A stretch of DNA of 64,000 nucleotides from Basidiobolus meristosporus CBS 931.73. Lineage: Eukaryota; Fungi; Basidiobolomycota. The stretch covers positions 62,001-126,000 of the forward strand of contig MCFE01000114.1 of the NCBI GenBank assembly GCA_002104905.1, in the 5' to 3' direction. Below, piece by piece: positions 51,121 to 63,840 of the stretch. Positions within the stretch are counted from its first letter, which is position 1; each line of letters opens with the position of its first letter. The notes under the pieces are model-generated. The model made no database searches, was not told the DNA's origin, and was given only the letters and a program-made list of their open reading frames with translations. The position numbers and the translations under genes were made by a program.

Positions 51121-54100
51121 TGTGAGTACTAAATGTAGTAACCACTCTTTGCCCAAGAGTTCTCCCCAGAGTCCTACCCAAAGTCCCCCAGTATACTCCC
51201 TATGATTCTTCCACCATCCTCCCTCCTATTCCTGCCCTTATCTAGTTAGAACAATTACCATATCAGGAAGACGTTCACACCCCTATTTTATAACATGTTG
51301 TTTATTATCTAAGCCCCCTCCCAAGTGATATATATATCCAATTGAACCAAGCAAGGGAACAAAGAGATTTGGACAGAATAAACACAAATATTTATTGTTG
51401 TAAGAGTCTTGGAGATATTGGAAGTGATGGGGAGAACAAGTAGATTATGCAGTTTTCACTTAATGATTTATTGAATGTAAAAGTAGTATTTATACTTTTA
51501 CCTGGTCTTGGCATTACAAACACGTAGAATAGGTTAAGGAAGGTCCCAAGAACATGTGTGCAAAGTTTGGGGCTGTTTGGACAACTTTGAGAATTTTCAT
51601 GTCCTGGGTACCTGGTATTTTGGTGAAAATATTCTAAGTAAATTCTGACAAGGAATTTGGTTAGTATTCTCTAGAGTTTGAGGGTTGTGATTTAAGTGAC
51701 TAAGTTAGGTGAATATTTAGGTGGAAATACAAATTTTTACAACACTCCCACTCAGCTAAATGTTCATACTGACTAGTCCTAATTTTGACCTAAGATATTC
51801 AAACTTGTCTCTAGCTAATGGTTTGGTAAATATGTCTGCAATCATTTCATCTGTAGGACAGTAAACAAAGCTAACTAAGTTATTCTCTATAGCTTCACGT
51901 ATGAAATGATGTCTAATATCTATGTGCTTAGTTCTAGCATGAAAAGTTGGATTTCTACCTAATGGTATAAATCCTTGATCATCTTGAAATAAAGTAATAG
52001 GTGTTTTTCAACATGGGCCTAAATCTCTAAAAAGTTTTCTTAACCACATTGCTTTTCTTGTAGCTGCACAGGCTGCCATCTACTCTGCCTCTGTGGTGGA
52101 GAGTGCTACAGTTGGTTGCTTTCTTGAATTCCATGAAATTGCTCCTTTACAGTAAAAAAAGGTGTATCCTGTGGTGGATCTTCTGTCTTCCAAGTTTTGT
52201 CCCCAATCAGCATCAGAGTATCCCACAAGATTCTGCTCTGAATCCTTATAAGTGTATCTTAAGCAGATATCAGCAGTTCCTTTTAGGTATCTAAAATTTG
52301 GCTTTACTACTGCAATAGGATCAGATCCATAGTTCTGATTATGGTTGCCGACAACTCCCACTGAATATGAGATATCTGGACGTGTTCCAAGTGTGATATA
52401 CATCAGACTGTCAACCATAGATTGATAAGGAAAGTCAGGGCTTTCAGATGGCACCAAGCTCTCTTGATTTGGCTGGGTTTTGACCAAGTTAAGGTTTTTC
52501 TCCATTGAGGTAGCTACTGGTTTACAGTCTCCCATTTGGTACTTCTTTAGTATATCTTGAATATACTTGGATTGGCTTAGGGTGATAGTCTGGGTACTTC
52601 TGTTTATGGAGAACTTAGTCCCTAAGTAGTAACTAAGTTCTCCTAGATTGTACATCTCAAACCCCTTAGATAGGCTGGATTTAGTCTCTTCCAATGTTTC
52701 TAGGTTATTAGCAGCTATAATAAGATCATCCACACATAGAGCTAATATACCTGGATTTGCTCTATCTGGCTTACAGTATATACTATAGTCAGCATTACTT
52801 CTTTTGAAACTCAAAGATTCCAAATAAGAATCTATCTTGCAATTCTAGGCTCTCAGTTATTGTTTGAGACCATATAATGACTTTTTAAGCTTGCAGACCA
52901 AATGGGGGTTATCTTTGTCAACAAACCCATCAGGCTGGTCCATATACACGTCCTCATCAAGTTCTCCATTCAAAAATGCAGTTTTTATATCCATTTGATG
53001 AATAAAAAACTTATATTTGGCTGCAATGGCCAATATTAATCTGATGGAATTAGACTTGGCTACCAGTGCAAAGGTCTCAGTATAGTCAAGTCCTTTTGTT
53101 TGAGAGTATCCTTTGGCTACAGGTCTTGCTTTGTATCTTTCAATTGTACCATCAGCCTTGTATTTTGCCTTGAAGGCCCATCTGCATCCAATTGATATTT
53201 GGTTGATTGGTAATTTGACCAAGTCCCAAGTTTGATTTTCCATCAGGGCCTGATATTCCTCAGTCATTGCAGATCTCCAAAACTTTGTCTGAGGGCTATT
53301 TAGGGCCTCTTTTACAGTGTGGGGCGCATCAATATGGACTGAATAGGCATAGGCTAAGTTTGTACCCTCATTGATATAGTAGTTTGGGCTATTTCTTTTC
53401 TGATTGGATCTCTGGGCATTTGATACTGGAATGATCACTTCTGGGATACTCCTGGGCATTGATTCTGGCTGAACCATGGTTTTAGAGTCCTCTGGAGTGA
53501 AAAAATCTTCATTGTTTTGCTCTGATTCAATCCTGACCATTGGTGGACTTGAAATCAAAATTATGTCATCATTTAATGTCATTTTTGTGAAAATTTTGAA
53601 TTTTCATCAAACAACACATCCCTGGACTTGATTGACTTCTTTGCCTTGGTATAGTAGAGTCTGTATGCCTTACACTCATTGCAGTAGCCCAAAAATATGC
53701 ATTTTACACTTTTTGGCTCAAATTTTGACTGATTTCCGGCCAGTTTTTTGGCATATACTGTACACCCAAATATTCTTAGATATTCTGCACTTGGTCTGTA
53801 TCCATACCATGCTTCAAATGGAGTAGAATCACATAGTATTCTGTTATAACTCCTATTTTTAAGGTATATAGCAGTGGCAACTGATTCCACCCAAAAATTG
53901 TAGGATAATTTTTGATCATGGATCATATATCTTGCCATATCAATTATTGATCTGTTAGCATGTTCTACTACTCCATTTTGCTGTGGGGAGTATGGTACAG
54001 TAGTCTCTTGCTTTATCCCATGAATTTTGCAAAAGTGGATGAAGAGTTCTGAGGTATATTCTCCACCATTGTCAGAGCATATTTTCTTGATTTTTTCACC

Positions 54101-56179
54101 AGTTTCTCTCTCCACCATGGCTTTAACATGCTGAACTTAGACAGAGCTTCTTCCTTTCTCTCCATGAAGTAGACCCATGTGTATCTTGTATAATCATCAA
54201 TAAAAGTGATTAAATACTTCATCCCGCCTAAGGATAAATTTTGCATAGGTCCACACTGATCTGAGTGAATTAGATCTAATTTTTTCTTAGTTTTGATTAA
54301 CCCAGAGCTCTTGAACGGTTGTCTGGCTTGTTTCCCATATATGCAGGCTTCATAGTGCTCCAAATTAGCTGGGGGATCAATTTTCACTCCAGAAATTAGC
54401 TGATCTTTGATCATTTGTGCAAATAATCAAAATTGATGTGCCCAAATCTCCTGTGCCAAACCATTGGTGTTTCTTCATTTAAGTTACTTATATTGGCTTC
54501 CAAATATGATGGAATATAAGTCAACTTGTATATATTCTGATCTCTGATACCCAAGGCAATATGGACACCATTTTGATCAGTGATCTTGCATTCAGAATTG
54601 TCAAAGCAGAAACTGAGTCCTTCTGCTGTGGCCTTGCTTACAAAGAGTAGGTTCTTGGCTATTTCTGGTACATAGAGTACTTCTTCAAAGGTCAGTGCAT
54701 GGCTTCCTTCACTGCTTCTAAGGTTTACTTAGATAGTTCCTTCTCCCACTGCATCAAGTGTTCTATTGTCACCCATGAAAACCTTCTTAATTGGAATTTC
54801 TTGATATTGGGTAAAAAGTTCTTCTTGGTATGTAAAGTGTTGAGAAGCTCCAGAGTCAATATACCACGTCTGAGAATCCTTGTTTGTGGTCATACTTAGT
54901 GCAGAAATGAATAGTCTATCTTCAGCTGTTGCAGCATTTCCATATTCAGGCTTCTTTTGCTGATTATCTTTCTTTTTGAGACATTGGTCTGATGTGTGTC
55001 CTTTCCTTTTGCAGTAGTTACAAAACAGGTTGCTGTTGCCTTTGTAGGGTTGTGGGTACCCCCTTTGTTGGTTAACATTGCTTATTAAAGCATTTTCTTC
55101 TTCCTTCTTATTGGCGTTTGATTTTCTTAATTCTTCATCCAGGAGCCTTCCATATACATAATTTAAGGCCAAATCTTCAGTTCTGGACTCTAGGGCTGAT
55201 ACAAGGCCCTGAAACTTGTCTGTCAGGCTATTCAGGATGGTAACTATCACATCCTCATCAGTAGTTGGTACACCCACAGATTACATTGCATCTACCAGCA
55301 GGGTAATTCTGTTAATTAGATTTTTTGTTTCTACTCCTGGCAGCATCTTTATAGTAAAGAATTTTTGTTGCAGATATATCTTTGTGGCAGCTGAACATGA
55401 CTGGTAGGTGTCTTCTAATGCTTTCCAGGCATTCTTTGCTGTTTTTGCTCTTGAGCATTGAATTAGCAATTTGTCTTTAACACTAAGGCAAATGCAGTTA
55501 AAGGCACTTTGTTCTTTCTTCTGGTACTTTAAGGCTTCCTCTCCCATGTTTTTAGGAGGGCATTCTTCTCCCATGACAATATCCAAAGGCCTGTTTCTTG
55601 TAGCAGCATCTTCATCTTCACCTTCCACACTTGGTAGTTAGATCCATCCAACTTTTCAGCAGAGGGAAAAATTCTAGTAATAGCAGTAGTAGACATTGCA
55701 GAGAGTGACAGCTTGGGGCTCATAACCTGTTGTAAGAGTCTTGGAGATATTGGAAGTGATTGGGAGAACAAGTAGATTATGTGGTTTTCACTTAATGATT
55801 TATTGAATGTAAAAGTAGTATTTATACTTTTACCTGGTCTTGGCATTACAAACACGTAGAATAGGTTAAGAAAGGTCCCAAGAGCATGTGTGCAAAGTTT
55901 GGGGCTATTGGACAACTTTGAGAATTTTCATGTTCTGGGTACCTGGTGTTTTGGTGAAAATATTCTAAGTAAATCCCGACAAGGAATTTGTTCAGTATTC
56001 TCTAGGATTTGAAGGTAATGATCTAAGTGACTAAGTTAGGTGAATATTTAGGTGGAAATACAAATTTTTACAACATTTATTACCTTGCTACCTTCTATCA
56101 GAAGCTATTCTGAACCAGGTGGTACTGACTTGACCTACAAGCACTCCCACTCACCAAGTACAGTCAGTAATAAGCCACA
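51121..56179 (+). repeat. Solo LTR, family C (~374 bp net), split by a copia B element
   Basis: TGTGAG...GCCACA, 5-bp TSD AAGCT; halves at 51121-51395 and 56076-56179. Confidence 0.85.
51396..56075 (-). mobile_element. Full-length decayed Ty1/copia family B element (4680 bp)
   Basis: LTRs 55728-56075 and 51396-51744 (~19 differences by eye), TSD TTTAT, PBS 55715-55727, PPT 51745-51753, pol domains with stops and frameshifts. Confidence 0.96.
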
Positions 56180-57641
56180 AAGCTGAGTCCTTCTGCTGTG
56201 GCCTTGCTTACAGATAGTAGGTTCTTGGCTATTTCTGGTACCTAGAATACTTCTTCAAAGGTCAGTGCATGGCTTCCTTCACTGCTTCTAGGGTTTAGTT
56301 GAATAATTCTGTCTCCCACTGCATCAAGTGTTCTATTGTTACCTATGAAAACCTTCTGCATTGGAATTTCTTGGTATTGGGTAAAAGTACTTTTTGGTAT
56401 GTAGAGTGTTGAGATGCTCCAGATTCAATGTATCACATCTGAGAGTCTTTTTTTGTGGTCATATTTAGTGTAGATATGAATAGTCCGTCTTCAGTTGTTG
56501 CAATATTTCCATATTTAGGCTTCTTTGCTAATTATCACTCTTTTTGAGACACCAGTCTGATGTGTGTTCTTTCCTTTTGCAGTAGTTGCAAAACAGGTTG
56601 CTGTTGCCTTTGTAAGGACATGAATACCTTCTTTTTGGATATCATTGCCAATTGAAGCACTTTCTTCTTCCTTCTTATTGGTGCTTGATTCTCTTAATTC
56701 TTCATTCTGGAACCTTCCATATATGCAATTTAAGGTCAAATGCTCAGTTCTGGACTCTAGGGCTGATATAAGGCCCTGAAACCTGTCAGTCAGGCTATTC
56801 AGGATGGTTACTATCATATCCTCATCTGTGACTGGTATATCCACAGACTCAATCTCATCCATCAGCAGGGTAATTCTGCTAATTAGAATTTTCATTTCAT
56901 CTCCTGGCAGCATCTTTGTAGTAAAGACTTTTTGTCTAAGATGCATTTTCTTAGCAGCTGAACATGACTGGTAGTTGTCTTCTAATGCCTTCCAGGCATT
57001 CTTTGCAGTTTTTGCACTTGAGCATTGAATTTGCAACTTGTCTTCAACATTAAGGCAAATGCAGTCAAAGGCACTTTGTTCTTCCTTATGGTACTTTGAG
57101 TCTTCCTTTCCCACGTTTTTAGGAGAGCATTCTTCTCCCATGACAATATCTCAAAGGCCTCTTTCTTGTAGCAGCATTTTCATCTTCACCTTCCATACTT
57201 GGTAGTTAGACCCATCCAACTTTTCAGCAGAGGGAAAAATTCCAGTAATAGCAGTAATAGACATTGCAGAGAGTAACAGCTTGGGGCTCATAACCTGTTG
57301 AAAGAGTCTTGGAGATATCAGAAGTGATATGGGAGGACAAGTAGATTACATGGCTTTCATTGAGTGATTTATTGAATGTAAAAGAGGTATATATTCTTTT
57401 ACATGTTCCTGGCATATCAAAGACATAGAATAGGCTAAGGAAGGTCCCAAGAATATTTGTGCAAAGTTTAGGGCTGTTTGGACAACTTTGAGAATTTTCA
57501 TGTTCTGGGTATCTGGTATTATGGTGAAAATATTTCAAGTAAATCCTAACAAGGAACTTGGTTGGTATTCCCCAGGATTTGAAGGTAATGATCTGACTAA
57601 GTCAGGTGATTGTATAGGTGGAATTACAAATCTTTACAACA

Positions 57642-57893
57642 GTTGAGACACTTACCATAACACAAAGGTGCTCACACCCCTATTTTAAAGCATACTGTCT
57701 ATAACCTAAGCCCCTTCCAGTGAGATATATAAATCTGATTAAGTCAAGATTGTAATAGCAGGGATTTTTGGACATAATAAAAACATATCTTCATTACCTT
57801 ACTACCCTCTATTAGGAGCTATTCTGAGCCAAATGGTACTGACTTGACATACAAGCTCTCTCAGCTACCATGTAGAGGCAGTAGTAACCCACA
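57642..57893 (+). repeat. LTR family C fragment (3' part)
   Basis: Matches 51270-51395 plus 56081-56179 (TCACACCCCTATTTTA..., GGTACTGACTTGAC...); ends CCACA. Confidence 0.7.
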
Positions 57894-58056
57894 ACCTCTA
57901 CCAAAAAAGCACCTGAGTGTATCTACAAGGTGGACTAGAACCCAGCAGGGCAAAGGAATATATTGGCCAAGCACCAAAAAGTATTTTGCAGATATTCAAG
58001 AGGTTTTCATGGCAAGGGTGGTGGCAACCAAGTATATGGTAGCATGATGTATATGC

Positions 58057-61000
58057 TGTTGTAAAAATTTGTATTTCCATCTAAATATTCACCTAACTTA
58101 GTCACTTAGATCAACACCTTCAAATCCTAGAGAATACTGACCAAATTCCTTGTCGGGATTTACTTAGAATATTTTCACCAAAATACCAGGTACCCAAACA
58201 TGAAAACTCTCAAAGTTGTCCAAACGGCCCCAAACTTTGCACACATGTTCTTGGGACCTTCCTTAACCTATTCTATGTCTTTGATATGCCAGGAACATGT
58301 AAAAGTATATATACCTCTTTTACATTCAATAAATCACTCAATGAAAGCCATGTAATCTACTTGTCCTCCCATATCACTTCTGATATCTCCAAGACTCTTA
58401 CAACAGGTTATGAGCCCCAAGCTGTTACTCTCTGCAATGTCTATTACTGCTATTACTGGAATTTTTCCCTCTGCTGAAAAGTTGGATGGGTCTAACTACC
58501 AAGTATGGAAGGTGAAGATGAAAATGCTGCTACAAGAAAGAGGCCTTTGAGATATTGTCATGGGAGAAGAATGCCCTCCTAAAAACATGGGAGAGGAAGC
58601 CTTAAAGTACCAGAAGAAAGAACAAAGTGCCTTTAACTGCATTTGCCTTAATGTCAAGGACAAATTGCTAATTCAATGCTCAAGAGCAAAAACAGCAAAG
58701 AATGCCTGGAAAGCATTGGAAGACACCTACCAGTCATGTTCAGCTGCCAAGAAAATGTATCTGCAACAAAAATTCTTTACTACAAAGATGCTGCCCGGAG
58801 AAGAAATGAAAAATCTAATTAACAGAATTACCCTGCTGGTAGATGAGATGGAATCTGTGGGCGTACCAACTACTGATGAGGATGTGATAGTTACCATCCT
58901 GAATAGCCTGACAGACACGTTCCAGGGCCTTATATCAGCCCTAGAGTCCAGAACTGAAGATTTGACCTTAAATTATGTATATGGAAGGCTCCTGGATGAA
59001 GAATTAAGAAAATCAAACGCCAATAAGAAGGAGAAGAAAATGCTTTAATAAGCAATGATAACCAACAAAGGAGGTACCCAAGACCCTGCAAAGGCAACAG
59101 CAACCTGTTTTGTAACTACTGCAAAAGGAAAGGACACACATCAGACCTGTGTCTCAAAAAGAAAGATAATCAGCAAAAGAAGCCTGAATATGGAAATGCT
59201 GCAACAGCTGAAGATAGACTATTCATTTCTGCACTAAGTATGACCACAAACAAGGATTCTCAGACGTGGTATATTGACTCTGGAACATCTCAACACTTTA
59301 CACACCAAAAAGAACTTTTTACCCAATATCAAGAAATTCCAATTAAGAAGGTTTTCATGGGTGACAATAGAACACTTGATGCAGTGGGAGAAGGAACTAT
59401 CCAAGTAAACCTTAAAAGCAGTAAAGGAAGCCATACAATGACCTTTAAAGAAGTACTCCATGTACCAGAAATAGCCAAGAACCTACTCTCTGTAAGCAAG
59501 GCCACAGCAGAAGGACTCAGTTTCAGTTTTGACAATTCTGGATGCAGGATCACAGATCAAAATGGTGCTCATATTGCTTTGGGCATCAGAGATCAGAGTA
59601 TATACAAGTTGACTTATATTCAATCATATCTGGAAGCCAATATAAGTAACTTAAATGAAGAAACACCAATGCTTTGGCACAGGAGATTTGGACACATCAA
59701 TTTTGATTATTTGCGTAAAATGATCAAAGATCAGCTAATTTCTGGAGTGAAAATTGATCCCCCAGCTAATTTGGAGCACTGTGAAGCCTGCATATATGGG
59801 AAACAAGCCAGACAACCGTTCAAGAGCTCTGGGTTAATCAAAACTAAGAAAAAATTAAATCTAATTCACTCAGATCTGTGTGGACCTATGCAAAGTTTAT
59901 CCTTAGGTGGGATGAAGTATTTAATCACTTTTATTGATGATTATACAAGATACACATGGGTCTACTTCATGGAGAGAAAGGAAGAAGCTCTGTCTAAGTT
60001 CAGGGAGTTTAAAGCCATGGTGGAGAGAGAAACTGGTGAAAAAATCAAGAAAATACGCTCTGAAAATGGTGGAAAATATACCTCAAAACTCTTCACCCAC
60101 TTCTGCAAAATTCATGGGATAAAGCAAGAGACTACTGTACCATACCCCCCACAGCAAAATGGAGTAGCAGAACAAGCTAACAGATCAATAATTGATATGG
60201 CAAGATATATGATCCATGATCAAAAATTATCCTATTATTTTTGGGCGGAATCAGTTGCCACTGCTGTATACCTTAAAAATAGGAGTTATAACAGAATACT
60301 ATGTGATTCTACTCCATTTGAAGCATGGTATGGATACAGACCAAGGGCAGAACATCTAAGAATATTTGGGTGTACAGCATATGCCAAAAAACTGGCCAGA
60401 AATCAGTCAAAATTTGAGCCAAAAAGTGTAAAATGCATATTTTTGGGCTACTGCAATGAGAGTAAGGCATACAGACTCTACAATACCAAAGCAAAGAAGC
60501 TGATCAAGCCCAGGGATGTGTTGTTTGATGAAAATTCAAAAATTTCACAAAAAATGACATCAGATGATGACAAAAATTTGATCTCAAGTCCACCAATTGT
60601 CAGGATTGAAGCCGAGCAAAACAATGAAAATTTTTTCACTCCAGAGGACTCTACAACCGTGATTCAGCCAGAATCAGTGCCCAGGAATATCCCAGAAGTG
60701 ATCATTCCAGTATCAAATGCCTGGAGATCCAATTGGACAAGAAATAGCCCAAATTACTATATTAATGAAGGTACAAACTTAGCCTATGCCTATTCAGTCC
60801 ATATTGATGAGCCCCACACTGTAAAAGAGGCCCTAAATAGCCCTCAGACAAAGTTTTGGAGATCTGCCATGACTGAGGAATATCAGGCCCTGATGGAAAA
60901 TCAAACTTGGGACTTAGTCAAATTACCATTCAACCAAAAATCAATTGGATGTAGAAGGGTCTTCAAGACAAAGTACAAGGCTGATGGTACAATTGAAAGA

Positions 61001-62730
61001 TACAAAGCAAGACTTGTAGCCAAAGGATACTCTCAAACAAAAGGACCTGACTATACTGAGACCTTTGCACCGGTAGCCAAGTTTAATTCCATCAGATTAA
61101 TATTGGCCATTGCAGCCAAATATAAGTTTTTTATTCATCAAATGGATGTAAAAACTGCATTTTTGAATGGAGAACTTGATGAGGACGTGTATATGGACCA
61201 GCCTGATGGGTTTGCTGACCAAGATAACCCCCATTTGGTCTGCAAGCTTAAAAAGTCACTATATGGTCTCATACAATCACGAAGAGCCTGGAATTGCAAG
61301 ATAGATTTTTATTTGGAATCTTTGAGTTTCAAAAGAAGTAATGCTGACTATAGTATATACTATAAGCCAGATAGAGCAAATCCAGTTCTATTAGCTCTAT
61401 GTGTGGATGATCTTATCATAGCCGCCAATAACCTAGAAACATTGGAAGAGACTAAATCCAGCCTATCTAAGGAGTTCAAGATGTCCAATCTAGGAGAACT
61501 TAGTTACTACTTAGGGATTTAGTTCTCCATAGACAGAAGTACCCAGACTATCACCCTAAGCCAATCCAAGTATATTCAAGATATACTAAAGAAGTACAAA
61601 ATGGAAGACTGTAAACCAGCAGCTACCCCAATGGAGACAAACCTTAACTTGGTCAAAACTCAACCAAATCAAGAGAGCTTGGTGCCATCTGAAAGCCCTG
61701 ACTTTCCTTATCAATCTATGGCCGGCAGTCTGATGTATATCATGCTTGGAACACGTCCAGATATCTCATATTCAGTGGGAGTTGACAGCCAACATAATCA
61801 GAATTATGGATCTGATCATATTGCAGCAGTTAAGCGGATTTTTAGATACCTAAAAGAAACTACTGATATCTGCTTAAGATACACTTATAAGAGTTCAGAA
61901 CAGGATCTTGTGGGATACTCTGATGCTGATTGGGAAAAAATTTGGAAGACAGAAGATCCACCACAGGATACACCTTTCTTTACTGTAAAGGAGCAATTTC
62001 ATGGAATTCAAGAAAGCAACCAACCGTAGCACTTTCTACTACAGAGGCAGAGTATATGGCAGCCTGTGAAGCTACAAAAGAAGCAATGTGGTTAAGAAAG
62101 CTCTTTACAGATTTAGGCCTATGTCAAAAATTACTTTATTTCAAGATAATCTAGGATGTATACAATTAGGTAGAAATCCAACTTTTCATGCTAGAACCAA
62201 GCACATAGATATTAGACATCATTTCAAAGTGAAGCTATAGAGAATAACTTAGTTAGCTTAGTTTACTGTCCTACAGATGAAATGATTGCAGACATATTTA
62301 CCAAACCATTAGCTAGAGACAAGTTTGAATATCTTAAGTCAAAATTAGGACTAGTCAGTGTGAACATTTAGCTGAGTGGGAGTGTTGTAAAAATTTGTAT
62401 TTCCACCTAAATATTCACCTAACTTAGTCACTTAGATCATCACCTTCAAATCCTAGAGAATACTGACCAAATTCCTTGTCGGGATTTACTTAGAATATTT
62501 TCACCAAAATACCAGGTACCCAGAACATGAAAATTCTCAAAGTTGTCTAAACAGCCCCAAACTTTACACACATGCTCTTGGGACCTTCCTTAACCTATTC
62601 TATGTGTTGTAATGCCAAGACCAGGTAAAAGTATAAATACTACTTTTACACTCAATAAATCATTAAGTGAAAGCCACATAATCTACTTGTTCTCCCAATC
62701 ACTTCCAATATCTCCAGGACTCTCACAACA
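58057..62730 (+). mobile_element. Full-length Ty1/copia family B element (4674 bp) with a chimeric 5' LTR
   Basis: LTRs 58057-58405 and 62383-62730, TSD TATGC, PBS GGTTATGAGCCCC at 58406-58418, PPT GAGTGGGAG at 62374-62382. Confidence 0.97.
58437..62390 (+). pseudogene. Copia B Gag-Pol, disrupted; 760-aa open stretch at 59240-61522
   Basis: [62 protein letters not shown]. Confidence 0.93.
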
Positions 62731-63399
62731 TATGCTATCAGCAATACAAGGCTTATGGCAACCTTGAAAGTATCACACTGAAAAGCCATAATGTTGAGGT
62801 GATAGAAGTGATTCAATTGCAGCAGGTGTGCACATATGTAGATGTTAGTAAGCAGGAGGCCATAGTTTTGTTTTCAAACTATTTGTGAAATACATATGGT
62901 AGTAGTGGGTAAGCAGATACATTGGAATGAGCATACAGTGATAAATATGAATGGCACAAGGGGAGGTAGCAAAAGGAAATACCATTTGGTAAATTGGTAT
63001 GCTAGCAATATACAGTACCAGCTATGGGCTGTCATACTGCCATTATAATGCCAAAAGATGTTTGTATCAAGGCCATCAAAATACTGTCAAGTTCTCTTCT
63101 ATATATGGCAATCTGATGTACTGGCCTGTTGGGTCTTCTCAAATAGGTGTAGGCCACTATTGAATCATAAGAATATCATTGAAATCCTGTCATAAGACCA
63201 TTTAAACACCATTAAGTTTATTTACCTACTGAGCAGTAGACTCAGCAAGACACCATCACAATCTTGTCACATAAGTGTGAGGGGGTCAATAATTTCAAGC
63301 TGCAGGTGTTACTGCAGCCTCATTGCAGGATCTTGACAGCCAATCTGGATTGGATCCACGCACAGGACCAAATTATTTTTCTTAGGGTATACCTACTAG

Positions 63400-63840
63400 A
63401 CTTGGCTGCTAGATCTCAGCAACTTCTCAGCAGAGGGAAGAATTTAAACATAACCAGTAGTAGCTACTTCAAAAAGTGATAGCTTAGGGCTCATAGCTGG
63501 CTGTAAGATTTTGAAGATACCTGTGGTGATTGAGGGAGCAGATATAGTATGTGGTACTCACCTGATGATTTATTGAATGTAAAAGCATTTTTGTACATTA
63601 CATAGTCTTGGCAGATCTAACATACAGAATATGTTTAAGAAGGTCCCAAGATCATGTATGCAAACTTTGGGGTTGTTTAGGCAACATTGAAAAATTGCAT
63701 GCTCTGGGTAACTGATACTTTGGTGAAAATACTCTTAGTCCAGGCTAAGAACTAACTGAGGAGTATCTGAGATTTGTAGTTAATAATCTAAGTGGCCAAG
63801 TGAGGCAAGTATATAGGTGCAAATACAAACTTTCAATACA
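63400..63840 (-). mobile_element. Highly diverged copia B LTR, PBS and gag start
   Basis: AGGGCTCATAGC at ~63486 and LTR-like 63502-63840 (GATTTATTGAATGTAAAAG, AAGAAGGTCCCAAGA). Confidence 0.7.

Larger units (their letters stand above)
48568..57641 (-). mobile_element. Old Ty1/copia family B copy (5' LTR 57296-57641; remnant of 3' LTR at 48568-~48642)
   Basis: gag 56515-57264, PR-IN-RT 48640-51120; PBS GGGGCTCATAACC (plus strand) abuts 57296; a deletion fuses the RT/RH region to the 3' LTR tip. Confidence 0.85.
57894..63387 (+). mobile_element. CACTA fragment (transposase 3' end and TIR), split by copia B
   Basis: 57894-58056 and 62731-63387 are reverse-complement homologues of 11340-12130; ends AATTATTTTTCTTAGGG. 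Confidence 0.8.

Noticed and set aside
55715-55727. GGGGCTCATAACC as part of a tRNA-Met gene
   Set aside because: Only the anticodon-arm 13-mer is present, adjacent to an LTR end; it is the PBS read on the other strand and no cloverleaf can be built.
48563-57646. TSD for the old copia B copy
   Set aside because: Flanks GGAGA and GTTGA match at only 3 of 5 positions, so pairing of these two LTR ends is not proven.
522-63479. The many 60-130-aa ORFs in the supplied track as independent genes
   Set aside because: Most are alternative-frame or antisense reads of TE relics or of the palindrome arms (e.g. 33123-33329 and 45836-46081 are the same fold-back sequence), and they recur only because the repeats recur.
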